A stretch of 64,000 nucleotides of DNA, taken from positions 186,001 to 250,000 of the forward strand of contig CP145422.1 in the NCBI GenBank assembly GCA_036867785.1. Direction: 5' to 3'. Below are positions 48,132 through 59,294 of this stretch, piece by piece. The position numbers and the translations under genes are program-made. The stretch is from Plasmodiophora brassicae. Its lineage: Eukaryota. The stretch's first letter is position 1, and each line of letters begins with the position of its first letter. A model generated the notes under the pieces. It was not told where the DNA came from and made no database searches. It saw only the letters and a program-made list of their open reading frames with translations.

Positions 48132-49059
48132 ATGAGGCCCGGGTACCAGCTGGTCGCGGTCGTGGCTGCGGTGTCCCTGGTCGGGCAGATCTGGGGGCAG
48201 AACCAGAAAGTAACGCCCGAGTACCTTCGGCAACTGCGGGTCCAGCGCGTCCAGAACCCGGATCAGTTCTTCTACGATTTCAGCAGGCCTGTCAAGATCA
48301 CCCAGGGGCCGGGCGGATCGCTGCGTACCTGCGGGATCGAAGAGCTTCCGACACTTGCTGGAATGGGTAATGGAACCTGGAGCAGCAATGCGCCGCCGTC
48401 GTGTCGCTCAATTCGTCGGCAATGGATCCGCGTTAGGTATCGCGGTCTCACTCGTTGATCTGAAAGCCTGTGCCATCAACAACCCCCATGTCCGTACTAC
48501 ACTGACCAGGGTTGCATCTGTCGGTAGTACTGATTTCGACCACAGATCCACCCGAGAGCCACCGAGTTCTCCTTCATCAGCAAAGCCCCAACGAGTCCGA
48601 TGATGGTCGGAGTCGTTGAGGAGAACGAAGGCCGTACGCTGGGGCAGCCGGTTTCTGCAGGGTCGGTCACGCTCTTCCCTCACGCCATGGTACAGTACGG
48701 AGCACACCGGGTGTCCCAGCACACCCCGCGGTCTGATCCGCTGCCCGTCTAGGTCCACTTTGAGTTCAACCCCAGTTGCGAAGACCAGCAGTTCATCGCG
48801 GCGTTTAGCAGTGTCAGACAGCTAATCACACCCGGGCGACGTCCGTGTCGATGCTGACCATGCCTCGTAGGACGACCCCGGTACCGAGACGTCCACGTTC
48901 GACGTCCTCAGCATGCCGACGGAGGCCATTGCCAACGCGTTGCGCCTGACGATCGCCGAGGCGGACGCACTCGTCCGCAAGCAGATTCCCGGAACGGGCC
49001 CGCGCCCAGGGGAGCCCGAGTGCCGACGTCGCTGTGGACTTCAGCCCACAGTCTTCTGA
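48132..49059 (+). CDS. Secreted germin/spherulin-like cupin with intact Mn-binding motif
   Basis: Signal peptide; spliced CAINNPH|IHPRATEF and LFPHAM|VHFEFNPSC; C-terminal ECRRRCG; ~5 short introns. Confidence 0.88.
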
Positions 49060-49253
49060 AGCGCGACGAGGCGGCCAGGTGGAACGTTCGGCAATCGGTT
49101 CCCGAAGATGGCCAGTAATGTGACATTAAGGCAATACAATTACAGCCGCCTCACGGCACAGTTGAGTTCCGCGTACCGTACCCAGCTGCTGCTGCTGCGG
49201 TGGTGATTCGCGCAGGAGCAGGACCCCGGCGCAGGGGCGCAGACCAAGGGCAC

Positions 49254-50574
49254 ATGCTGCACTGCCACCTTGTCGCCCGGCGATCCACCAGGACGCGAAC
49301 CGGGCACCGCCTCCTTCTGCGATCTATGACGACGCTGCAAGATATGGGGCTACGCGTCCTGAACACGGCCGACCTATCCGAAAAGGTCAGTGGGACCGTC
49401 GCCTGCGCTGCCGGTGATGGTAACCGAGTGTGACCGCAGATGACGATATCCGGGGATGCATGCAGGCTGTGGAAGGCGAAGCAGGTTGCGTTTGGCACCG
49501 GGAGTCCAGCACTGCCGTTGTATCCAGCGGTTCCCGAGAAACCGGAGCTGGTGGAAGCCAGGCAGGTGCCGACAATGCGGACCAGCACGTGCTCGTCGTC
49601 CGTATACATCTGCCTGACGGTCGCGCATGTCGAGCTAACCGCCGTGCACTGCTACTGGGACACGCTCCTGCGTTTTACCGACGTCCACGACCTGCCTGTC
49701 GAGTTCGTCGACGATTTCGTCGGCGTCATCGCCGATGAGACGAGGCATTTCCTGATGCTGAGCGAGAGGCTCGCCCAGCTCAACGCCGCGTACGGCGACC
49801 TACCCGCGCATAGAAGCCTCTGGCAACATGCCATCGATACGTCGTCGTCGCTCCCGGCCCGCCTGGCCATCGTCCCCATGGCACAAGAAGCGCGCGGTAA
49901 GCAACCGTTCATCGTGAACGCGAACGTCATTGACGCCTGATGCAGGATTGGACGCGGGCCCGCGCTTCGTCAAAAGACTACGCGACACGAACGACATGGA
50001 GTCGGCGCGCGTGCTACAGTGCATTGTCGACGACGAGGTCGGGCACGTGGCAGCCGGCCTGAAATGGTTCAGGTTCCTCTGTCAACGGGAACGCGTCGAT
50101 CCGGTCACCCGATTCCACGACCTCATCCAACAGTTCATGCCCTCCGGTCTGTTCCCGCCGTTCGACGCCGAGCAGCGCCTCAAGGCTGGGCTGACACCCG
50201 ACTATTACCTGCCCGTCGCAACCGCTACGAATTCGCCCGCCGGCGCGGCAGCCAGTTCCGCGACCTGCCCTGCATCACGTCCCGCAAGCGGAACCGCATC
50301 ACGTGCCGCAGTCGAACCGGCGTCCCGTCCCGTAGTCAGAAGCGCATCAGGATCCGCAGTCGGAACTGCACTGCCCGACGCTGCAGTCAGAACTGCACTG
50401 CCCGACGCTGCAGTCGGAACTGCACTGCCCGACGCTGCAGTCGGAACTGCATTGCCCAACGCTGCAGCCAGAACTGCACTGCCCGACGCTGCAGTCGGAA
50501 CTGCACAGTGCGACGCTGCAGTCGGAACTGCACAGTGCGACGCTGCAGTCGGAACTGCACTGCCGGGGCAATAA
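49254..50574 (+). CDS. DUF455 ferritin-like di-iron protein with repetitive C-terminal tail
   Basis: AHVELTA, ADETRHF, YGDLPAH, QEARGLDA and DEVGHV motifs; two introns; Arg-rich possible transit peptide. Confidence 0.85.
50356..50565 (+). repeat. 27-bp coding minisatellite, ~8 copies (AVGTALPDA)
   Basis: gcagtcggaactgcactgcccgacgct tandem units seen directly. Confidence 0.93.
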
Positions 50575-50664
50575 AGCGTGTGCCGGCGTCCGTCGTCGGG
50601 GTCCCGGCTGTCGGTGCCATTTTTGCACAGCAACGTGTTCGGCCGGGGAGGCGGGGGGCGGCAA

Positions 50665-53600
50665 ATGTCCGATCAGGAGTCTGACGATGCGGGCGAGCGG
50701 CAGTCGGCGATGGACGCGGGCCTCAAAGCGGAACTGCTGGCGCAATGCCAGGTTCTGGGCGTGCGCCAGTCCGACGGGTCGTTTGTCAAGCGACCCGAGA
50801 CGCACCGTCGGTCTACGTAGGCTCGCCACTGCCCTGCAGACCGTCCTGATATTCATGAGTTCAGGAGCGTTGAAGGCTATACTGGACTGGCTTAGGGTCG
50901 ATGACAATGGTCACGTTGTGCTGCAGCTGGGCAAATGGGAGACTGTCCATAATGCCATCTTGCCGTTGATCATGGCCTATCCAGGAGACACGCCGCTCTG
51001 CACCATCGTTTGTATGCAGGCTGTCTTTGCGTGTCAACAGGGTATTCGCTGACTTGTGCTCGTCGGCAGTGCAGATTCTCGTCGCCATGCTAGCCCCTGT
51101 GCCCGCGGATGCCACAGCCGGCGGGACACGTCGGCATCATCAGTTGCTGCACAAGCGGGCGATCTGCAAGTCTTCGATCTTTGCAATCGCACTCTATCAT
51201 ATTCGCGACGCGGTTGAGTGCGGCGCGGAGTAAGACATCCGACGTATTCCCGGTTGGCGTTCCCCTTGACCAACATTGGTGATGAACAGGTCGCGGACCC
51301 CCTCACAGCATAAACGCATGCTGCTCGTACTGACGTTCGTTCAGCATGTTCGTTGTTCCGCGTGAGCACTGCCATCCGGCCAGACGTTTAATACCCATTG
51401 TCGTGCAGGTTCTCGCTGTCCGAGAAGAAGGCATGGCGAGTATGTTCGACGGTCTTAACGATCGCTGCTTACTGGTTCTGTCGCGGGTATATGGCGCGCA
51501 AACGCGGTCATGCTCCTGAGGTTCTGACGGCGGCCCCCGTTCAGGACCACGTTCTCGACCTCCTTCTCTATTTGATCGAGACGGAGCCGACCGACAATGC
51601 CACTGCTCTTGGCAGAAACGCGGACTTCAATCATCTGACTGCCGTTCCTCTGCTTCTCCTCGATTGCGTTTATCAAATCTTTCGTGCCGAATCGCCGGGG
51701 CAGCTGCTGCTCGCTCCCGACACGACTGGCGTATGTCGTTGCCATTGGTTGCGGTGACGGGCACTGACGATTGTCGATAGGCCAGCATCGTCAACCTCCT
51801 GTCTGAAGAGAACGCGTTACTGGGACGATCAGGTCGTTCGATGCCATCTCGCCATAGTCGATTTGGCGGTATCGTCAGGGTCAACGCGATGGGTGGCAGA
51901 ACACGTGTGCTGTCAGGGTCGCAGCACGCCGGCAGTTATGCTGGGGCGACGCCCGAATCGTCGGTTCAGCCTCGACCGACCGCGGTTAGGCGTCCCCCAG
52001 TCTTTCACGCCAGGGGTGTTTCTGAACGACATTGTTGTCAGGGTAACCGCATCCGAACATTCCTCACTGATGAAGTACGTCAAGTGTTGCTGTTCTTTGC
52101 GAAACGAATCCATTCAAACCTCTTCAACGGTGAGGATGAGATGTACCGCTGTCATTGTCCATCGGTGACCCCTTGATCGCCAGATTTTCTCGCCAATGTC
52201 CTTAGCGATCGGAGTGTCGAGAAGAACCTTCACGAAGAGATACTGGACGATCGCATGCGAATATGCCTGTGTGCCTTGCTTCACGTCATCGCGTTCTTCT
52301 TGGAATTCAACCGGGAATTCTATTTGTACTACCCTGTGTTCCCATACCCAGTAACGCAATCGTTGAATCGCTGTTTACAGGCATGGCGACGCCTCGGATG
52401 GATTTTCTGTGGCGTCTGTTTCCACGGTTCTTAGCGAAGAGAATCGCGCCCTGATCTGTGACTTCTTTCGTCGCTGCTCGTCAACCAACGACGTAGCGTT
52501 GCTACGGCCGTCGCTCCTTTGCTACAAGGAGATGCTTCGCACCGCCCATCGTCTGGCGGACGTCAATGGAGGCGACCCAGGCGGATCTACCTGGCTTCTG
52601 GATTCCATGAACGCCATCCCGCATCGTCTCGTCTTGCCCGATCTACTCAAGCGATATTCAGTGAATCACAATCCGCTGAGGTTTGTTGTTTTCCAGGCAT
52701 GCCCATTAGCTTAATTCGGACTGACGCTGTGCGACCCGCAATACTTAGCTTTCTGGCGGTCCTGTTAGAAACGATTCATTTCCAGATTAAGGTGCTGGAG
52801 AAAGGGACAAATCGTGATGCCGCCCCAAGGAAACGAAGGTCGAGAAAGTCTCCTGATCCTGAACGGTGCGACGACGAGGAGGACGATAGTTCCGACGACA
52901 GTGATGACGATGTCGGTTACGACCGTGACGCTGAGGCCACCGATTTCATCGAACGGCTTGCTCATCCGAAAGTATGATCGCTCGTGCCGCCGATGTTTCA
53001 AGGTTCTGACCTTGAGTGGGTTCCTAGGCGGTGGATAATGTCATGTTGATATTCAACGGTTACCGAGCGAATTCCCAACAGCTGAACCACTTCACGTTGC
53101 GGATCCTGCATGCCGTTTCCGTTCGTGTCCCATGCGCGCCAATGCTGTTTCGCGTACTGCTGGGATTGCGCCTGTCGTACCCCATGTGTCATTGATGGCC
53201 CCCTTGCTGCGTAGGTATCGTACCTGTCCCTGTTTGAGGAAATCTTGAACAGTGATTCCCTGAAGCGTGACAAATCGTTCGACGAACTTCGGACCTTTTC
53301 CAAGCACATTGCGAGGGCCTTCTTCTCAATGCTTGCTACCAACCAGTAAGTGATAGACATTCGCGCTTCTGGCGTCCAACGAAATTGTTTGCCAGTCATG
53401 TCGCGTATCACCAACTAACTGCCGTCGCCTAGATCCTTGATCATTGAGGCCTTATTCCCAATCTCGAGGAAAGCCTGCGAGATCCTGAATGACACGGGAG
53501 AGTTTGGTTTGCAAGGTACGCTGACTGTTCCATCACGGCCACGTGGGGCTCATCTCATGAGCTTGAGAGCAGTGCGAAAGTCTGCGACTGCGACAGCTCG

Positions 53601-55058
53601 ATGGAGCACCGAAGATGACGATATTCTACGGAAACAGATCGAGTCACTTGCTGAAAGTGCATCGTTCTATGGCGATATTGCTCAGATGTAAGTAGCGCTG
53701 AGTGAGACTCCCTGGTTCAGATCTAACGTGTTTTCGGCAGGCTGTCTGTACCTCGTTCTGCCCGAGCCGTTTCAAACCGGCTTCGCAAATTAGGGTTCGA
53801 ACCTCCCGTTATACCGAAGGAGTCGTACAATGGTGAAGATGACGGGTACGACGTGCTATACGTTTTCGGCGGTATCTCGGTATAATCGTTTCTGTTTCAG
53901 GAAGGCAGCATCCGGACATGACCTACGCGACGCCCCTAGCGATGACGATGGCGACCAAGACGCAATCGCTACCATCGACGGTATGGCATCGTTCCTATCC
54001 AAGGCTATTGCCAAGGTTCCACACGATTATATCGTCTGGTTCCGCGACCAGGTAACCTACTGTTCATGCTCTCTTGTCCATTTCTGACGGGTTTGTAGGT
54101 GGTTGATTGTCTAGAAGGTCGCCGTTTGCACAACGTTGCTGCTGATTACGCTATGGTGCCAGTGGCTGAGGTTGGTCGCGCTGCCCTCGAATGCAAGGTA
54201 TTAACGTCGGGATGGAATTCTATTGCTGTGTCAGTAATATCGTGTCCACTGACGACAGGAATTGCAAAGTCTACTGCGGTCCTTGTACATTCGCGAGCCA
54301 GGGAAATCGTCGAAGTTCTGGGTTATTCCGCGCACACGGTACGTTGCTTGCTGGACCGGGACCGGTGTGCGCTTGTCGTGCTGAATGCCGGCTTCAGGAC
54401 GGCCAATGACCTACAGAAGATCATCGATATCACGCAACACGTGCTCGATTCCCCAGCGCAAGCGGCGGCAAGGAAGACCAAACCCACTCGCCGTCGGAGG
54501 ATTCGAGAGGAGGTGATTGACAGTCATCACGACGAGCCGAGCCCCAGTCCGGACAACGATCGGGCAGAGGTCCCCACTGTGGGGCCTTCCGAGACCCGCC
54601 CATCGGATCCTGTTGACGATACCGCCATGGACGTCGGTGATGACGAGACGCTTGACAAGGCTGGTGTTGTTCCGACGAAACTGAACCGCATGGCTCGGCG
54701 AAGATGTATTGCCGACAGCAGCGATGACGATGAGCCAGGCAATGTGGACGATAATGGTGCGGACAAGCAGAACCCCGATGATGCCGATCGAACTGTAGGC
54801 GATGTACCAGATGGGTCAAGCGTTGAGGGGCGCTCAGCAGCCGCTGACGACGAGTGCGTCGATGAGCGCATGAACCTATCGGCGACGCTGGAGAATGCCG
54901 ATGACGGGTCAACCCTGGCGGATGCGCAGACCATGGAGCTAGAAGGGACCATGGGATCGTCCACTCAGGTTCTCGACGAGGACGATGCCCGCGATGCTGC
55001 GGAGGGCGTCGGCCTCAGCGAACACGGCTCCGTCGGCTCCGCGCCGCCAACTAGGTAA
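50665..55058 (+). CDS. TIMELESS: TIMELESS/Tof1/Swi1 replication fork protection protein (many introns)
   Basis: ELLAQCQVLG...LKAILDWLRVDD...QLGKW...ILPLI N-terminus; PSRHSRFGG motif; IEALFP; acidic tail. Confidence 0.82.
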
Positions 55059-55280
55059 TACAGCGTCCAAGTGTGTAGACGGAGACAGATGGGGTGCGCC
55101 GAACTGGGGCGCGCCCCTGAACTCTATTTCTACCAGGTGTGGTCAGATACGGCGGACTGGTCACACGGATTGCGGCGGGCACTCGCCGAAGCATCGCTCG
55201 CGGACTCCCTCCCCCGCATTTGTCGAACCGTCCCCAGACGCTCGAGGCGCCCGTTAGTCCGGTTACGTGTGTCGCGAAAG

Positions 55281-55754
55281 ATGACGATTGCCTGTACAGT
55301 GATGCTGTTGCTGATAACGGCGGTCGCCTGCGGCCCCGCGGAACGGCAGGCGCCGCTGTCCATGGCGTCGAGAGGCAGGATCCCGGGACTGGCACTGGCG
55401 CTGGCCGTCGGCGCTCTAAGAAGCAGCCGGGATCGCGTGACTTCCTGTGCCGCGCGACGTGCTTGGCAGGATCAAACGAGATCCGGCACGACACTATTGT
55501 CTCGGGCTGGGCTGGCATACTACGGGACCAGGTTCCGCCGACACGCCCAGGGTTGCAGCCAGGAGTACCTAACCGCACGACGAGAGGAGCCTTTGTTCAG
55601 CCGGGTTGCCAATGGCGTTGTCTATGGCGGCGCCTACACATTGCACCGGTTGATCAGCAAGAAAGTCCATTGGGTCCCTGCGCTGGGGGCCGCCGTCGCC
55701 ACCGGCAGCGCCGCAACCGTGGCAAAGAACCGCTTCATGCACGGGCACCTCTAA
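55281..55754 (+). CDS. Small putative secreted/membrane protein (157 aa)
   Basis: MTIACTVMLLLITAVACG signal-like N-terminus; hydrophobic segments; no known motif. Confidence 0.45.
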   Translation: MTIACTVMLLLITAVACGPAERQAPLSMASRGRIPGLALALAVGALRSSRDRVTSCAARRAWQDQTRSGTTLLSRAGLAYYGTRFRRHAQGCSQEYLTARREEPLFSRVANGVVYGGAYTLHRLISKKVHWVPALGAAVATGSAATVAKNRFMHGHL

Positions 55755-56059
55755 GACACATATCCGATGCGCGCGACGACATCGGCTGCTTGTTCCAGTA
55801 ACAGTTGGCACTCCGGAACGGCACCTGTTCATTTATAAACGACGCTCTGTCACGCCACCATGTACCGGCCCCTGGTGTACGATCTCGCTATAGGTACATG
55901 CAATTCGAGACCTGCTGCGCCGACCAGCTGGGCAGGCAACATGGGCGTTGCCGTCATCTAAACAAGGACCACCTACGGGCACGCATGGGTCAGCATGTGG
56001 AACTCGCGAGCACTGGTGGTATGGTGCGGCAGCCTCACGTGGTGCCCGCCGAGACCCGG

Positions 56060-56545
56060 TCAGAACAGCAGTTTCAGCTGAGCCCATTTGTCGCGTATCC
56101 ACTGGCCCCACTCGTCACCGCCTTCTTCCGCATCGGGTCCGGGCCCATCTCGATCTGGTTGGCCGGGTGGGGACGCCGCTGCAGTAGAACGAGCATTCAG
56201 CAGCGAGAGTGACGTCAACAAGCCAGGAACGCACATGGATCCAGGCAATTCTCTATATATCGAACATTGTGGTACGGGGAGAAGGACACGCGGCGCTTCC
56301 GTTTGTCGGATCTAACGGGCGTTTGCGGCGCCGAATTCATCCGCTCCAGGTGGTCCGATAGTCTCTGGGACAGGTCCGATGTCTACACGATCGTCCCATA
56401 CTAAGCGCCTGGTAAAATACGCCATTCCGACGTCACGCGACCCAACCGTTCCGACTGCTTTCAGGCCGTGTTCCTTGCAGAGCGCCTGCAGGGCGCGGCG
56501 GCGTGCGCGCCGATCCGCCCCGCTAGCGCCGCCCTCGCCCTCCAT
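56060..56545 (-). CDS. Small SAP-domain-like protein (spliced)
   Basis: RRALQALCKEHGLKAVG...DLSQRL pattern; downstream exon ending WAQLKLLF*. Confidence 0.5.
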
Positions 56546-56640
56546 GGGCAGAACGTTGGCCGTCACAGCGACGGACGCCAGACTCGTTGGGGCTGATCAG
56601 CACAGTATATACTACGACTACGAGTCGTAGAACCAGGTCG

Positions 56641-59068
56641 ATGGCACTGCGCTCCGTCCTTCAGCAATGCGCCTGGTTTCATACTGCGCGCCGCCGGGGC
56701 CACCGCTGCGGGCGGCCGCACTCGCAGCGAGGCACAAAACCACACCACCGGGCACGAAAATCGCGTCGAAATTCTGATAGTTTTTTGCTGGCACGGGGGA
56801 GACGGTCAATCAATCCCCGCCGCCCACCCATGGGCCCCGGTCCTGCCGTGAGGGTTACAAATCACAATGTCGCAGCACAGTCGTCCGCAGACGCCATTCG
56901 GCAATTGTTCGGGTTCGATGGGGATCACGCGACTGCAGGCATGGTCCCGGTGGCGGAGCTGGGCGCAGGCGCAGCGTGGGCGACGTCGCGCCGGGATCAT
57001 TGTGGAGTGTCATGCGCGGCGGTACCGGTTACGCCAAGCGATCCGCGCATGGCGGGCGGCGAGGGGCGCTAGATGGTGCGCTATTCGAGGCGGGCTGAGG
57101 AGCCTGCGCGAGCAGGTCGGCCGGGAGAGGTCGGCGCGTTGCGCGCGGAGCTGGTACCGTGAGTGTACGCTGCGACGCGCGTGGCGTACGTGGACGCAGG
57201 CGGCAGAGCACGTGGCCCGGGCACGAAATCACCGCCTGATAAGGGCCTGGCGTGCGTGGGCCATGTTCATTGCCAGTACGTAACCTGTGCTCCGTGTTTC
57301 TATATTGCTTCCGCCGTATCCAACGACACTGCAGAGAGGAAAGCTCGCCGGGGCCTGACGTCGATGGTCAGCGTCCGTCGACATTTCCTGTCCTTAGTTC
57401 TGCGGCGTTGGCGACAGCGAACGCGTGCCGCATCGTCGCTCCGAGCCTACATTGCTCGGTGGCGGTTGCACGCATGGGCGCCTCTACATCGGGCGACTCA
57501 GTTTGACGGAACGCGGCTGAAGGTCCGGGGGCCGCGTAACGCTTCATGAGCGAATGCCTTCTTAATTAGTTGATGTCATAGCGATTCTGTCTGAATCATT
57601 TTCGACGTGGACTGGCGGTTGTTCGCGTCGACAGACTGTCCAGGTTCTGGCGTAAATGGCGAGCCTCGCTTGCCCTGGTCGTTCTCCAGACCAAGCTATC
57701 GGAACGGTTTGCTGAGAGACACGATGCGCATCGTCGGCTGCATCGCGCTGTTCGATGGTGGCGACATTGGACGAGGCGGACGGTTCAGTGTGCTGCCATG
57801 CAGCGGATTGCGATTCTCCGACGGGCTGTATCGCAGCTGAAGGCGTCTGCCCGCCATTTTGCCATCACTCGCCACCTGTTCGGTGTTCGTTCCCGCAGTT
57901 TACAGCGTCTCGTCATCGTCGCCTGGCGACGAGAATGTATGTGCTCAGCGGTGGTCCGTTCCCGTCAAATTCGCCGTATCCGCTCAATCTGGGATGCTTT
58001 GCGTTCAATCGTGGTGTCAAAACGACGCATGGCCCAGCGTTGTATTCAGCATTGGCGCCATTGGGCACGTCGACGGTCACAGCAAGACGCGCACGCGCGA
58101 AAGCAGCATTACCTGTCGTGTATCCGCTTCATTTGGACGACGTGGTTCGAACGCTTTCAATGCCGGTACCAGGTCCCGAAGATCTACATCAAGATGGCCG
58201 CTTTTAAAGCGTGGCGAGTTACCTTCGAGCTTCGACGACTGTTGCAAAGAAGAGTGGTTGTGTCTTTCAGACGCAATGTCGAGATTCGGCAAGAGCACCG
58301 TCAACGGGTAAGTCAGCCGCACAGTTGGGGATGGCACGTCGAATTATGCTGAACAATGCGTAGGCGGAAACGATGTTGTCATCGTTTCTGTGCAGACGAA
58401 CCTTCTATGGATGGCAGGAAGCGCATGCGCTTAGGCGTGCCTTGCGTTGTCATGCCTGGAGGCAGTGGGCCGCTTTTTCGCAATCTCAAAAACGGGATAG
58501 GTAACGGTCAAGCACATCATGTAGGGCGGGATACCGTTTAACCCGCGGTTCGTTCAGGTTGCTCAGATCGCTAATCGAACAAAGCCGGCAGCGCCGGTTT
58601 ATTCGCGTTTGGCATAACGCTCTTCACGATCGCCGTCTGGAATGGCGGTCGTTGTATCACTGGAGCTTAGCCGTCCAAAGACGGAGCCTGGAAACTTGGG
58701 CGTCGTACGCTCGCATGCGAAGGGCCAAGGCCGGAGCTTACGCTGCCGTTGAAGATGCCCGGCGCCTGCAACTGATCAAGGGCGGCGTTCGAGCATGGTT
58801 TGATGCCTTCCAGCGCCACCGCGACGTCCACCCGGCCAGAGCGGAATCCCCTGGCAGTCAGCCCCTGCACGAATCGTCAGCCAAACAAGACGATCGTTAC
58901 ATGCCGGGTTCCGATGACGAGATTGAACGGCTGGAATCGCTGATCGACGCCGAAACCCGGTACCGCGAAGGTCTGTCCGACCCGGGTTACCGCCCTCTGG
59001 ACAAGGTTATTCTCCGCCTCATCAACCAGCGCATCTTCGAAATCATGTCCCGCTCCGAGCGGTGCTAA
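56641..59068 (+). CDS. Sfi1/CCDC191-like centrin-binding repeat protein (spliced)
   Basis: Periodic Arg-rich L..AW..W / F..WR repeats (LRRAWRTW, LIRAWRAW, MAAFKAWR, SLETWASY) across successive exons. Confidence 0.65.
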
Positions 59069-59294
59069 ACCCCATGGGCCATTCCCGTCAAGCACCTGCG
59101 ACAGCAGTGAAAGCGACGAATGTGGGTCGGGCAACGTGTCCTACAGTACCTTCCTACACCTACGTACGTATATGTAGTTGCTGCGGACCCCGGACCCCGG
59201 ACCCCGATGGCACTGGCCGTGCGGCCGGATTGCCGCGCCGTGGTGTCATTTCTAGATTCGGCCGTTCGTCGACGCAGCGCAGTTCGGCGGGGTG

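Noticed and set aside
50356-50565. 27-bp repeats as a CRISPR array
   Set aside because: Units are contiguous without unique spacers, in frame within a eukaryotic CDS, and there are no cas genes
34635-55058. Apparent clustering of chromatin and replication genes (SNF2-RING, CHD1, TIMELESS)
   Set aside because: Interspersed with unrelated genes; consistent with chance in a compact genome
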